A stretch of 40,514 nt of DNA from a virus. Taxonomy: Duplodnaviria > Heunggongvirae > Uroviricota > Caudoviricetes. This document shows positions 1 through 9,384 of this stretch, piece after piece. The stretch lies in the IMG/VR virus record IMGVR_UViG_2529292831_000017, positions 1-40,514 of that record, one strand, 5' to 3'. The first letter of the stretch is position 1; each line of letters starts with the position of its first letter. The notes beneath the pieces were generated by a model, which was given only the letters and a program-made list of their open reading frames with translations, made no database searches and was not told the DNA's origin. The translations under genes and the position numbers were made by a program.

Positions 1-483
1 ATGACGAAGAAAAAAGCACATAAACCTGGTTCAGCGACCATCGCGCTTAACAAGCGCGCCCGTCACGAATACTTTATCGAAGAAGAGTTCGAAGCGGGAC
101 TTGCCCTGCAAGGCTGGGAGGTTAAATCCCTGCGCGCAGGAAAAGCCAATATCAGCGACAGCTACGTCCTTCTGCGTGACGGAGAGGCATTTCTGTTTGG
201 CGCTAACATCACGCCAATGGCCGTGGCCTCCACGCATGTGGTGTGCGATCCTACCCGTACCCGCAAGTTACTTCTCAACCAGCGCGAACTGGACTCATTG
301 TACGGTCGCGTCAATCGAGAAGGCTATACCGTAGTGGCGCTCTCCCTGTACTGGAAAAATGCCTGGTGCAAAGTGAAAATCGGCGTCGCCAAAGGTAAAA
401 AACAGCACGATAAACGTTCAGATATCAAAGAACGCGAATGGCAGGTGGATAAAGCACGTATCATGAAAAACGCCCACCGTTAA
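1..483 (+). CDS. smpB: SsrA-binding protein SmpB (160 aa)
   Basis: Full-length ORF whose translation reads as canonical enterobacterial SmpB; sits immediately upstream of the tmRNA gene as in E. coli. Confidence 0.95.
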
Positions 484-697
484 ACCTGCACTCCAATTAT
501 TGACCAGTTCCTCACCGCGCCTCCCTCTCCGGCGGCGCGAATGAACATCTTATTGGCTATCACATCCGACACAAATGTTGCCATCCCATTGCTTAATCGA
601 ATAAAAATCAGGCTACATGGGTGCTAAATCTTTAACGATAACGCCATTGAGGCTGGTCATGGCGCTCATAAATCTGGTATACTTACCTTTACACATT

Positions 698-1060
698 GGG
701 GCTGATTCTGGATTCGACGGGATTTGCGAAACCCAAGGTGCATGCCGAGGGGCGGTTGGCCTCGTAAAAAGCCGCAAAAAATAGTCGCAAACGACGAAAA
801 CTACGCTTTAGCAGCTTAATAACCTGCTTAGAGCCCTCTCTCCCTAGCCTCCGCTCTTAGGACGGGGATCAAGAGAGGTCAAACCCAAAAGAGATCGCGT
901 GGAAGCCCTGCCTGGGGTTGAAGCGTTAAAACTTAATCAGGCTAGTTTGTTAGTGGCGTGTCCGTCCGCAGCTGGCAAGCGAATGTAAAGACTGACTAAG
1001 CATGTAGTACCGAGGATGTAGGAATTTCGGACGCGGGTTCAACTCCCGCCAGCTCCACCA
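698..1060 (+). ncRNA. ssrA: tmRNA (SsrA), 363 nt
   Basis: Begins GGGGCTGATTCTGGATTCGACGGG, contains the tag-reading-frame region, and ends in a tRNA-like 3' domain GGTTCAACTCCCGCCAGCTCCACCA; length and sequence match E. coli ssrA. Confidence 0.93.
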
Positions 1061-1063
1061 AAT
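1016..1063. repeat. attL: 48-bp direct repeat, the intact 3' end of ssrA
   Basis: ATGTAGGAATTTCGGACGCGGGTTCAACTCCCGCCAGCTCCACCAAAT is repeated exactly at 36431-36478. Confidence 0.85.
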
Positions 1064-1070
1064 AAATCAA

Positions 1071-1103
1071 GGGGTTACGTGAAAGCGTAGCCCCTTTTTC
1101 TTT
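1071..1103 (+). terminator. Rho-independent terminator downstream of ssrA
   Basis: GGGGTTACG / CGTAGCCCC stem followed by TTTTTCTTT, immediately 3' of the tmRNA end. Confidence 0.6.
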
Positions 1104-1115
1104 GGTAGTGGCGGC

Positions 1116-1160
1116 AAAATGGCGACAGACTTTTGCGTCCATCTTGCCTGTCGCCATCTT
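1116..1160. promoter_or_regulatory. 10-bp perfect inverted repeat upstream of the WYL/BRCT-like gene (candidate operator)
   Basis: ATGGCGACAG (1119-1128) and CTGTCGCCAT (1148-1157) separated by 19 bp; lies just upstream of the AAGAGG ribosome-binding site of the 1184 ORF. Confidence 0.3.
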
Positions 1161-1183
1161 GAAATCATGCAAAGAGGTTTCAC

Positions 1184-1666
1184 ATGGAAGAACTTCACTT
1201 TGTTTACATCAATGCAAATGGTCGTATCGGTGTTCACTCAATACAGAGCATCAGTTATAGCGAAAATCATATACAGGGCATTTGTAAGAACACCGATCGA
1301 ATAAAAACCTTCCGAAAAGACCGCATTCTTAAACAGTACGATTCACCAGAACAAGCCATTCAGGAATGCGCGTCATTCCTCCCCGAAAACTACTCACATC
1401 TCACTAAGCAGTCTGGTCCGAAAAAAAATACATTCGATGTGTGCTTCACCGGATTTAAGAAAGCAGATAAAGAAAGATTGGTTGATAAGGCGAATGAACA
1501 AGGATTAACGGTAAGAACCTCTGTAACCCAAAGCCTTCAGATGCTCTGTTGCGGTTACAATGCAGGCCCATCAAAAGTATCGGCAGCCAGGATGAAAGGC
1601 ACAATCATCATAGATGAGCCTGGCTTTATACATTTTCTTGAAACGGGTGAGATCCCAGATGAATAA
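1184..1666 (+). CDS. Hypothetical 160-aa protein: N-terminal WYL-like motif (RIKTFRKDRI), C-terminal BRCT-like region
   Basis: Good SD (AAGAGG, 6-nt spacer). C-terminal half (VCFTGF...GLTVRTSVTQS...GYNAGPSKVSAARMKGTIIIDEPGFIHFL) follows the BRCT pattern seen at the C-terminus of NAD-dependent ligases. GC lower than phage backbone. Sits between attL and ogr. Confidence 0.5.
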   Translation: MEELHFVYINANGRIGVHSIQSISYSENHIQGICKNTDRIKTFRKDRILKQYDSPEQAIQECASFLPENYSHLTKQSGPKKNTFDVCFTGFKKADKERLVDKANEQGLTVRTSVTQSLQMLCCGYNAGPSKVSAARMKGTIIIDEPGFIHFLETGEIPDE

Positions 1667-1667
1667 A

Positions 1668-1694
1668 AACCTGCCGTAGCAGGTTCTCTTTCTT
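1668..1694. terminator. Bidirectional hairpin terminator between convergent 1184 ORF and ogr
   Basis: AACCTGC-CGTA-GCAGGTT perfect 7-bp stem, T-rich on the + side (CTCTTTCTT) and on the - side (TTTATTC). Confidence 0.6.
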
Positions 1695-1911
1695 AAAAAT
1701 TCATATGGCCCTGACCACCTGGCAATGGATGTGGAGGGGCTGTGGCAATCACTGCAGGTGTCACAATAAACCGGACCACTGTTTCATGGGTAACAAAAGT
1801 GCTCCCGCAGTTAATATTTTGGCACTGGCAGTAACGCTCTTTGGTGCTTTCTGTTACTTGAAAACTGCTCCTTGTGTGCGCCGCATGACCACACTTCGGA
1901 CAATTCATCAT
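1693..1911 (-). CDS. ogr: Ogr/Delta-type zinc-finger late transcription activator (72 aa from internal ATG)
   Basis: MMNCPKCGHAAH...KERYCQCQNINCGSTF matches the P2 Ogr C2-C2 zinc-finger pattern; the tracked ORF begins at an upstream GTG, the ATG at 1909-1911 gives the P2-like 72-aa length. Confidence 0.8.
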   Translation of the reverse strand: MMNCPKCGHAAHTRSSFQVTESTKERYCQCQNINCGSTFVTHETVVRFIVTPAVIATAPPHPLPGGQGHMNF

Positions 1912-1979
1912 ATCCAGATCCCTACCTTTGCTATCAGAATCATTGTAATGATACACAAAATATCAATATTGAGAACACT

Positions 1980-3080
1980 TTATTCCATTTCAAGATCATC
2001 AATCTTCACTTCGAGTTCAATGCTGGTTGTAAAACCGTTATCCGGGCTGACGGTATGTGTCAGAGTCGTAATGGTCCATTCCGCATCATCTATCGGCTGT
2101 TTAAAGCCACTGACTTTCACTGGCATTTCCGTGTAGAGATCTGCCCGACCTTCCGCCAGTTGTAGCGAGAATGACGCAACACCACGTTGCAGGCGTTCCC
2201 ACTGCATTTTCGCCGCTCGTTCGGCGTTGCTCCGGTTGGCATAAGTGCGATTAAGTACCAGCACGTTTTCATCCGTACCCACCAGGTAATCGCCCTGCTT
2301 CGCCTCCGGCTCTTTCTTCTGCTTTGCGGTCCTGCGCTTACGCTTCACCGTGGTGCTTTCTTTCTTCGCGGGTTCGCGGGTATGCAACCAGCTGGCAATT
2401 ACGCCCGTATAGGCTCCGCGATCTGCCAGGGTAAAGCGGTGACTGTCGCCGTCCTTACGTGTGATAGTGATCACCGGTAGTGGTTTACCGCTGGCGCTTT
2501 TACCCTGCCCCTGCCGGATGAATAACAGATTGCCATTTTTCACCGACGCAATAGCACCATACTGGCGCGCCAACCGCATCAGAAAACTGCCGTCACTCTC
2601 ATTGGTCTGGTCTATATGTTCCACGGGTTTATCTGACAGGTCTTTACCCAATGCCATCTTCAGTTTGTGCCGCGCAGCTATTTCCTTCACCACTTCCCCA
2701 ACGGTGGTCTTGTGCCACGACTTTTCACGGCGGGGATTCAGCGTTTCCCGAAAATCAGCACTTCGCGCCCGGATAGTCAGGCGGTCCGGTGCGCCAGTGT
2801 GTTCAATCTCGTCCACCGTGAATGCCCCTTTCGGGAAAAGCGGCTGCCCCTTCCAGCCCAGCGCCAGCGTAATAACCGCACCACGGCGCGGCAGCACGAT
2901 TTTTCCGTCAGCGTCATCCAGCTCCAGATCAAGCTGGTCCGCTTCAAAGCCCCGGTTATCCGTCAGCGTCAAACTCATCAGGCGGTTATCCAGCACAGTG
3001 GTGATATCCTTCCCCTCAATACTGATGCTGAATGCGGGAGTTTTGTTGCCTTTGTTAAGCAGTTCAGAGCTGAAATTCAC
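1980..3080 (-). CDS. D: Tail protein D (P2 gpD-like)
   Basis: Size and position at the end of the FI-FII-E-T-U-D tail operon adjacent to ogr. Confidence 0.8.
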   Translation of the reverse strand: MNFSSELLNKGNKTPAFSISIEGKDITTVLDNRLMSLTLTDNRGFEADQLDLELDDADGKIVLPRRGAVITLALGWKGQPLFPKGAFTVDEIEHTGAPDRLTIRARSADFRETLNPRREKSWHKTTVGEVVKEIAARHKLKMALGKDLSDKPVEHIDQTNESDGSFLMRLARQYGAIASVKNGNLLFIRQGQGKSASGKPLPVITITRKDGDSHRFTLADRGAYTGVIASWLHTREPAKKESTTVKRKRRTAKQKKEPEAKQGDYLVGTDENVLVLNRTYANRSNAERAAKMQWERLQRGVASFSLQLAEGRADLYTEMPVKVSGFKQPIDDAEWTITTLTHTVSPDNGFTTSIELEVKIDDLEME

Positions 3081-3562
3081 GACAGCAGCCCTCCCACCGT
3101 TTTACTGATATCGCTTAAGGCAGACGTTGCCGTATCCTGCAAATTATTCAGCTGCGCACGTAGATCACCGAACATATCGGACAGGGATTCATCCACCCGT
3201 TTGAGCGACAGGGTGAACTCAATCCGGCGCGGCATACCATCGCGGAAAAACTCCGTTTTAGTCTGATTCAGTCCCTCAATCACATACATGCCGTAAATCG
3301 TGCCGCTGCCTTCAATCAGGGGCCATGCTTTCCCCTGTTCTGCCATCTGCTCCAGTGCCAGTAACGACAGCCTGCCGCCTGTTATCTCCGGCATAAGAAC
3401 GCCAGAAAGCGTCAGCATGTCGTTATCCGGTCCCAGAAACTGCGTGGACGGGCGTCGGTTAACCCGGCTGTTAGCCGCATGTCGCCAGCTGCGCTGATAC
3501 TGCAGCTCCTGATACGGCACGGTGCGCAGCATAAACACGTACAATCCCAGCACCATCATCAT
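3077..3562 (-). CDS. U: Tail protein U (P2 gpU-like)
   Basis: 161 aa, overlaps the D start and T stop by 4 bp as in the P2 tail operon. Confidence 0.8.
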   Translation of the reverse strand: MMMVLGLYVFMLRTVPYQELQYQRSWRHAANSRVNRRPSTQFLGPDNDMLTLSGVLMPEITGGRLSLLALEQMAEQGKAWPLIEGSGTIYGMYVIEGLNQTKTEFFRDGMPRRIEFTLSLKRVDESLSDMFGDLRAQLNNLQDTATSALSDISKTVGGLLS

Positions 3563-6500
3563 GCGTCGTATCCCCCCTGATCGCTGTAGTTACTCCTGGC
3601 TTTTGCCTTCAGCCTGCGTTCACGTTCATCAAGCTGGCGGGCCACCTCCCGCGCAATATCCTGCGCACTTTGTCCTGGCTGTGTCTGGATGATGATCTGC
3701 GTCGGTGCCTCAATCCGTTGAACGAGCGGCACAGTGGCTGCGCGACTCACAATTGCTTCTCCACCTTTCGCGGGAAGTGCCAAAGGGTGCAACGGTGGAA
3801 GCTCTGCTGGCGCGGCAGCAACGCCCATCATTCCGGCAACAACGGCAGCCAGTGCAGCTGTATTTCTCCGGCTGGTCACATTTGCCGGGCCGTTAACAAT
3901 TTCCGGCCCGTTTTCACCGACGATGCCAAACTGCCCGCGCGGGATATACCCTCCGCTGTCATACATCCCCGCAAAGCCATATCCCCATGACGGAAAACCA
4001 CCCGATGGCATCATCACTTTACCGTCTGCATTCACCGTCGCAAGTTGCTGACGCGTCACGCTTTCCGGCAGTTTTGCCTTTGCGGCCTCTTTACTGACAA
4101 TGCCAAGTTTCTCCAGTAACCATGAAACGCCGGATTTCAGGGAGTCCAGCGGATGCATGACCATATTCAGCCCTTCCGCCAGTGCCTCTCCGAATCGCCG
4201 CCCCATTGCCGCTGCACTCTGCAGTTCGGCAGAGGTCGACTTAACGGGCGTCAGCAGATCAGTAAACCAGCCCCACAGCGCCTGTACTTTGTCGCCAATC
4301 CACTGGAACACGGGCTTAAGCGGTTCGAATGCTGCACTGACGGGACCTGCCGCCGCTTTGAATCCTTCCACCACGCCACCAAGAAATGCGGTGATGGGTT
4401 GCCAGTATTTCCAGACAACCAGCGCCACGCCCGCCAGTGCAGTAACCACAAGACCTATCGGACTGAGCAGAGCACCTAACAGACCAGATACGGCATACAG
4501 GGCAACGCGCAGCATCGCCAGTGGACCAGATGCCAGTACTCGCAGCACCGTGCCTGCGGCGACCAGTCCACCGCGCAGTACCGCCAGAGGATTCATAAAC
4601 ATCACAGCAACAGCACGTAAACCGGATAATCCAGACCGCAAAAGTGCAACCGGCGCACCTGCTACAGTTTTCAGGACATTTCCCGTCAGTGATGCCGTGC
4701 GGCGCAAAGACGACAACGGCGCAGTAAGTAAACCCGCTGCGTTGCCCGATGAAGCAAGCCCGCGTCGCAGCAGTGCCAGTGGAGCGCCAGCTAACCAGGA
4801 CAACGCGCTGCTGGTTCGTGTTACTGCTGCCGTAACGGAAGGTAACGTTTTGATACCCAGCACAGAGAATCCCAGACGGATGACTGCCAGCGGCCCCAGC
4901 ACTGCAGCCAGCGCCACCGCTAAGGTGCCGAGGCCTACGGTAACCGCAGCCACAACAGCCGCTACTTTCATCAGTGTGCCTGTCAGTTCCGGGTTAGCTT
5001 CCACCCAGCGGCGCAACGCCCCCGTGATGCTTTTCACCGTGTACAGAATATCCATCAGCGGCTGGCGCAGCGTTTCGCCCAGGCTGCTGAAGGTGTTCTG
5101 CGCTCCGGTTTTGACCAGCAACCACTGAGCAGAAAGTGAGTCTTTGTTGATGTCGGATTCTTTCTGCATGGAACCGAGCGCATCATTGCCCGCTGTCAGT
5201 TTTAGCTGGCGCTGCAGTTCCGGAAGGTTGTTTGCCAGTTTCGCCGCGTCATCACCAAACTCTTTACCAAACAACATGGTCATGGCAGACAGACGCTTGT
5301 CCTGCGGCAGTGCGTTCACCTTCTCCAGCACACGCTGGATAGTTCCCATCGCATCCTTCGTCATCTGCTTTTCAATCACTTCAGGATTGAGTTTCAGCAG
5401 ATTCATCCCTTCAAAGAAACTCTTGCTTTGCATGGTGGCAATGGACAATTCACGCACCATCGCGTTTGCTGCACTGGCTGCAACCTCTGGCGCAGCACCC
5501 AGTGTCAGAAAGGTGGAACCCAGTGCCGCCGCTTTACGATAATCCAGACGGTCAGCCACACCACCCAGGCGTTGCATGACATCAATGATATCTGCCCCTT
5601 TCGACATGGCGTTATCATCCAGATAGTTCAGCGCATCACCGAGCTGTTCAATATTGCGGGTAGGGATGTTGTAGAGCTGGGCGATTTTCCCCAGACTTTC
5701 TGACAGTTCATCCGCTGGCAGCTCAAAGGCTGTTGCCGCCTTTGCTGCCGTACTGGCGAAGGCCAGCAGGTCACGTTTCTGGTCTTCCCAGCTGTCGTCA
5801 GGGTTTGCGACGTTCATGCGCGCACCACCTTCAACCAGTGCAGCGAAATCCACCGCACCGTTTTCCATCGGCAACTGTTCGCTGGCAGCCTTGATGGCAT
5901 CCTGCATTTCATAAAAACGTGCTGTGCGGTTGCCATTATCGTCACGCAGACCATTGACCTGCTTTGCCACACCTTTCATGGCATCTTCCATGCTGGTATA
6001 GCTTTTTACTGCCGCCATCACTGGTGCGCCCATTGCCAGCCCTGCAGCCGTGGTGGTGGCTCCGGCACCTGCAATACGATCGCGCACCTCCAGCGAACGG
6101 GCATAACTGGCACGTGCTGCATTCATCCTGCGCTGAGCTTCCCCCAGTCGCTTCAGCCGCGCCTCCTGTTTCGACAATTCCTGGTTATAACGTGATGTTT
6201 CACGGGCTAAACGGGCGGTTGCTCCCGCATCATCTTTCGCAGAAATTCCCGCCCGGTACAGTTCTGCACGCACAAGCGCCGTTTGCTTCTGCAAATATTT
6301 TTGCTGTTCTTCCAGGCGTTGGACTGCCAGCGTTTGCCGACCTAAAGCCACAAGGTGCCGTTGTGATGGTTGTTCCATCGCCTCCAGCTCAGAGCTAAGC
6401 AAATTAGCCTTCTGTCTGGCATAGTTCAGCCTGTCGCCTAACTTCTTGTTATCAGCCTGCAGCTTGCGAAATTTTTCCAGGCTATTACCCGCCTGATTGA

Positions 6501-6636
6501 GTTGCTTTAATGCGTCACGGGAGTTTCTGATTGCGCCAGCCAGCTCTTTCGAACTGGCCTGTGCAACACGGAATGGGCGGGGGAGTTTGTCAACCGCATT
6601 AAGAATGACCTGCAGCCGCAGGTTGTTATCACTCAT
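3559..6636 (-). CDS. T: Tail tape measure protein (P2 gpT-like)
   Basis: 1025 aa, Ala/Gly-rich, coiled-coil N-terminus and hydrophobic central repeats; position after E/E'. Confidence 0.9.
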   Translation of the reverse strand: MSDNNLRLQVILNAVDKLPRPFRVAQASSKELAGAIRNSRDALKQLNQAGNSLEKFRKLQADNKKLGDRLNYARQKANLLSSELEAMEQPSQRHLVALGRQTLAVQRLEEQQKYLQKQTALVRAELYRAGISAKDDAGATARLARETSRYNQELSKQEARLKRLGEAQRRMNAARASYARSLEVRDRIAGAGATTTAAGLAMGAPVMAAVKSYTSMEDAMKGVAKQVNGLRDDNGNRTARFYEMQDAIKAASEQLPMENGAVDFAALVEGGARMNVANPDDSWEDQKRDLLAFASTAAKAATAFELPADELSESLGKIAQLYNIPTRNIEQLGDALNYLDDNAMSKGADIIDVMQRLGGVADRLDYRKAAALGSTFLTLGAAPEVAASAANAMVRELSIATMQSKSFFEGMNLLKLNPEVIEKQMTKDAMGTIQRVLEKVNALPQDKRLSAMTMLFGKEFGDDAAKLANNLPELQRQLKLTAGNDALGSMQKESDINKDSLSAQWLLVKTGAQNTFSSLGETLRQPLMDILYTVKSITGALRRWVEANPELTGTLMKVAAVVAAVTVGLGTLAVALAAVLGPLAVIRLGFSVLGIKTLPSVTAAVTRTSSALSWLAGAPLALLRRGLASSGNAAGLLTAPLSSLRRTASLTGNVLKTVAGAPVALLRSGLSGLRAVAVMFMNPLAVLRGGLVAAGTVLRVLASGPLAMLRVALYAVSGLLGALLSPIGLVVTALAGVALVVWKYWQPITAFLGGVVEGFKAAAGPVSAAFEPLKPVFQWIGDKVQALWGWFTDLLTPVKSTSAELQSAAAMGRRFGEALAEGLNMVMHPLDSLKSGVSWLLEKLGIVSKEAAKAKLPESVTRQQLATVNADGKVMMPSGGFPSWGYGFAGMYDSGGYIPRGQFGIVGENGPEIVNGPANVTSRRNTAALAAVVAGMMGVAAAPAELPPLHPLALPAKGGEAIVSRAATVPLVQRIEAPTQIIIQTQPGQSAQDIAREVARQLDERERRLKAKARSNYSDQGGYDA

Positions 6637-7065
6637 CGTTGGCCCCGCTTCTCTGAATCGCTTTATACCGCCATTCCAGCACTTCGGTCAGCGGCATAAC
6701 GTCAGTAACGGATGGCGGCCAGTGAAAAATGGTGGCGATGTCTGCCACCAGATCGTCAACCGTCAGGCTGTCGGTAAACCGGCAAGCACCGACTTCTTCA
6801 ACAAAAAAGTGACAACCTCAACCGACATAGCGGTGAGATCTGCCGGGTCCATCTCTGCGATTTCCTGTGCAGTCAGTACCGGACTGGAAATGCGGGGGAT
6901 CACGGTCATCATCGCGTTCACATCCATATCCATAATGGCCTGCAGGCGCGTGCCGCGCAGCGCACCGGACTGCGGCTTACGCAGCACAATTTCGGTGATT
7001 TCCGTTTTACCGCGCTTGATAGGGGTATCCAGTTGAATGGTCTTTTCAGTCTGCTTATCGCTCAT
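6629..7065 (-). CDS. E+E' tail assembly chaperone fusion made by programmed -1 frameshift
   Basis: Slippery heptamer T-TTT-TTG (- strand, + coordinates 6802-6808) lies 13 codons before the E stop. Hand translation of the -1 frame shows it open from the slip site to a TGA at 6629-6631 overlapping the T start; predicted fusion about 145 aa. Confidence 0.55.
6763..7065 (-). CDS. E: Tail assembly chaperone E (P2 gpE-like)
   Basis: 100-aa ORF between FII and T carrying the slippery site. Confidence 0.8.
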   Translation of the reverse strand: MSDKQTEKTIQLDTPIKRGKTEITEIVLRKPQSGALRGTRLQAIMDMDVNAMMTVIPRISSPVLTAQEIAEMDPADLTAMSVEVVTFLLKKSVLAGLPTA

Positions 7066-7119
7066 TTTGTTGTCCTGTAAATTGGGTTCTGGCGCGGTAT
7101 CCCGCGCCGTTCAGATACA

Positions 7120-7635
7120 TCAGAGGCCGAGGGCGTTGCGGTGCGCTTCCATCAGGTCCACACCGTCCACAATTTCCACCATGTTGATAAGGTCCACTTC
7201 ATAGAGCACCTCACCATTGATGGTCAGCTTCGCGTAGCTGTTGGTACTGGTCACTTTGGTGGTGTTGCTTTCGCCTGTCTTCCACTCGCCGGAATCCACT
7301 TCTTTGTGACGTCCACGCACCACAAGCTCCACGGCCTGCACTTCCCCGGTATCGTCACGCTGGATAGAGCCGGTAAAGCGCAACTGGATGCCATCCACCG
7401 TGGATTTGCCCATCTGCTTAAACAGCAGCAGTTCGGTACCACCAATGGAAAATTCTGTATCCAGTGCACTGTCATCCAGTCCCAGATCCACATCCACCGC
7501 CCCCGGCATACCGCCGCCGCGATACTTCTCATATTTGCGGGTGAATTTCGGCAGCGTCAGCGACTCAACGATTCCCTGCCAGTTGTTCCCGTCGTTAAAC
7601 AGGTTCAGATGTTTTAATTTGCGTGGTAAAGCCAT
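7120..7635 (-). CDS. FII: Tail tube protein FII
   Basis: 171 aa, directly downstream of the sheath gene; P2 gpFII-like size. Confidence 0.85.
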   Translation of the reverse strand: MALPRKLKHLNLFNDGNNWQGIVESLTLPKFTRKYEKYRGGGMPGAVDVDLGLDDSALDTEFSIGGTELLLFKQMGKSTVDGIQLRFTGSIQRDDTGEVQAVELVVRGRHKEVDSGEWKTGESNTTKVTSTNSYAKLTINGEVLYEVDLINMVEIVDGVDLMEAHRNALGL

Positions 7636-7644
7636 GTTGTCCCC

Positions 7645-8817
7645 TTACGCGCTGACCTGGCTGGCGAAATTCACCAGGTACTGATCGGTGATGCGCTGGC
7701 GCAGCATCAGATTTTCAAGTGGCGGCACTGGCGTGTAGTCGTAGTCGATGGTGAGTTTTCCGGCTTTAAGCGTGTCTTTGTCGTTCACCGACTCGTCCAG
7801 CCAGCAATCACCACCAATGAGATAGCCCTGACTGACCAGGCTGCGCATTTTGGCGCGGATACCTTCGATAATGTCGCGGGCCAGCGACGGGTTCAGCGGT
7901 TTGTCTACCGCCCACATGTGTGCTTCTGCCATCGTGTCCGTCAGCACCTGCGCCGTGCGGGTGTAGTTTTCGAAAGCAAAAAGCGGATCATCGCTCAGAC
8001 AGCGGGAACCCCAGAAGCGGAAACCATCCTTGCGCACAAGCGTGGTGACGTCGTTCTGGTTCAGCAGACCTGCATCGGTTGCCGGGTCCTGCAGATCCCA
8101 GAACACATCAGCAGAAATTCCGGTGACACCGTTCACGCCCACGTTGGACAGGCTTTTGTGCCATCCGGTCTGCTCATCAATTTTGGCGCGCAGACCGAGC
8201 GCACGGGCGGTGGCATAAGCCGTTGCTTCGGCATTCAGCACCGTGTCCCAGCCAGTAAAGTCGGGCCAGATCAGCATTCCTTCACGCTGACTGAAGTTTT
8301 CACGGTAAGTGATTGCTTCCTGCACCGTCTTGCAACCATACGCTGACAGGTAAGCAAACCCACGCAGGCTTTGCGCCACGCTCAGCAACTCAGTAGCTAC
8401 CGCCTTCGTGTCGTGACCTGGCACGCCGAGAATGCGCGGTTTAACGCCGAGCTGTGACTGGGCAGATAACAGGGCTTTCATGCCTGTTTTTTTACCTTCA
8501 GCAGTCACTGCGCCGATGATATTGGTCGTGGTTTCTTCTTCCGTTTCACCCTGCGGCACACGCACAACAACGGTCACGGGTTTTGCCTGGTCAGCGATGG
8601 CGTCCAGCGAACGGGCCAGCGTACCGGACTCACCCGCTTTACCGCTGGCGGTCAGCACGTCAGTGATCAGAACGGGTTTATTAAGAGGAAACATTTTTGC
8701 ATCGGCATCATCGCCCGTGCAGACCATACCCACGATGGCGGTGCTCACCGTGGTAATAGATCGGGTGCCTTCGTTGACTTCAACAACGCGCACCCCGTGG
8801 TGGTAATCCTGAGCCAT
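7645..8817 (-). CDS. FI: Contractile tail sheath protein FI
   Basis: 390 aa; first gene of the FETUD operon, P2 gpFI-like. Confidence 0.9.
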   Translation of the reverse strand: MAQDYHHGVRVVEVNEGTRSITTVSTAIVGMVCTGDDADAKMFPLNKPVLITDVLTASGKAGESGTLARSLDAIADQAKPVTVVVRVPQGETEEETTTNIIGAVTAEGKKTGMKALLSAQSQLGVKPRILGVPGHDTKAVATELLSVAQSLRGFAYLSAYGCKTVQEAITYRENFSQREGMLIWPDFTGWDTVLNAEATAYATARALGLRAKIDEQTGWHKSLSNVGVNGVTGISADVFWDLQDPATDAGLLNQNDVTTLVRKDGFRFWGSRCLSDDPLFAFENYTRTAQVLTDTMAEAHMWAVDKPLNPSLARDIIEGIRAKMRSLVSQGYLIGGDCWLDESVNDKDTLKAGKLTIDYDYTPVPPLENLMLRQRITDQYLVNFASQVSA

Positions 8818-8892
8818 AAGGCAGTCTCTCCGGTAGTAGAGGGGGTCTGCCTATGTTCTTGTTGATACGAGCAGGATGCACGTTATGTGGTT

Positions 8893-8910
8893 TGTATGAA
8901 AAATGGCACA
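8893..8910. promoter_or_regulatory. TGT-N12-ACA dyad upstream of FI (candidate Ogr site of late promoter PF)
   Basis: TGTATGAAAAATGGCACA, 76-93 bp upstream of the FI start codon; P2 late promoters carry a TGT-N12-ACA Ogr site centred near -55. Confidence 0.55.
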
Positions 8911-8949
8911 ACGGCGGATACAGGAATCCCCGCAGACGCGGGGATGTAT

Positions 8950-9384
8950 TCAGACTTCTGGTGATAAAGGCCAGACTATATCCGGGGCATCACTTACATT
9001 AATATTTTCAAGTAACTCAAGATAATCCAGCATCGCATTAAATCTGGCTGTCTCCATTTCGTTCAGCCTGCCAAGCTGTAATTTTGATGGCCATTGTTTT
9101 TCATTAATCAGGTTGTTAGCCTCATTAATGCGCATCTGTTTCATCATTTCTGCCTGTTCCACCTGTTCCTCATAGGTCAATGGTGGACGTTCTTCCCATG
9201 ATGGCTGGTTATCAGTGCCTGCAACCATTTTGTACCCTTCCCGATAACCAAGATAAAACTCCTGATAGACTGCATCACTTACCTCAATACAGTCATCCGG
9301 CCACGCATCGAGAGCAGCGTAATAATCAGATTTCAGTTCACTGTTATAAAATGCATTTCTTGATGGACTGTAAAAATAACTCAT
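8950..9384 (-). CDS. G: Tail fibre assembly chaperone (P2 gpG / Tfa-like)
   Basis: Downstream of the tail fibre gene; the ATG at 9382-9384 overlaps the H stop (ATGA). Confidence 0.75.
   Translation of the reverse strand: MSYFYSPSRNAFYNSELKSDYYAALDAWPDDCIEVSDAVYQEFYLGYREGYKMVAGTDNQPSWEERPPLTYEEQVEQAEMMKQMRINEANNLINEKQWPSKLQLGRLNEMETARFNAMLDYLELLENINVSDAPDIVWPLSPEV

Noticed and set aside
31-334. ORFs overlapping smpB on either strand
   Set aside because: Fully contained in the well-supported smpB reading frame.
1119-1304. 61-aa ORF overlapping the start of the WYL/BRCT-like gene
   Set aside because: Its ATG lies inside the inverted repeat and it lacks an SD; the 1184 frame has a strong SD and recognisable motifs.
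3670-5542. Long + strand ORFs (for example 4100-5128, 342 aa) inside the tape measure gene
   Set aside because: Antisense shadow ORFs within a GC-rich, low-complexity gene on the - strand; no independent start or RBS signals.
7141-8346. + strand ORFs inside the FII and FI genes
   Set aside because: Antisense to conserved structural genes; typical GC-rich shadow frames.
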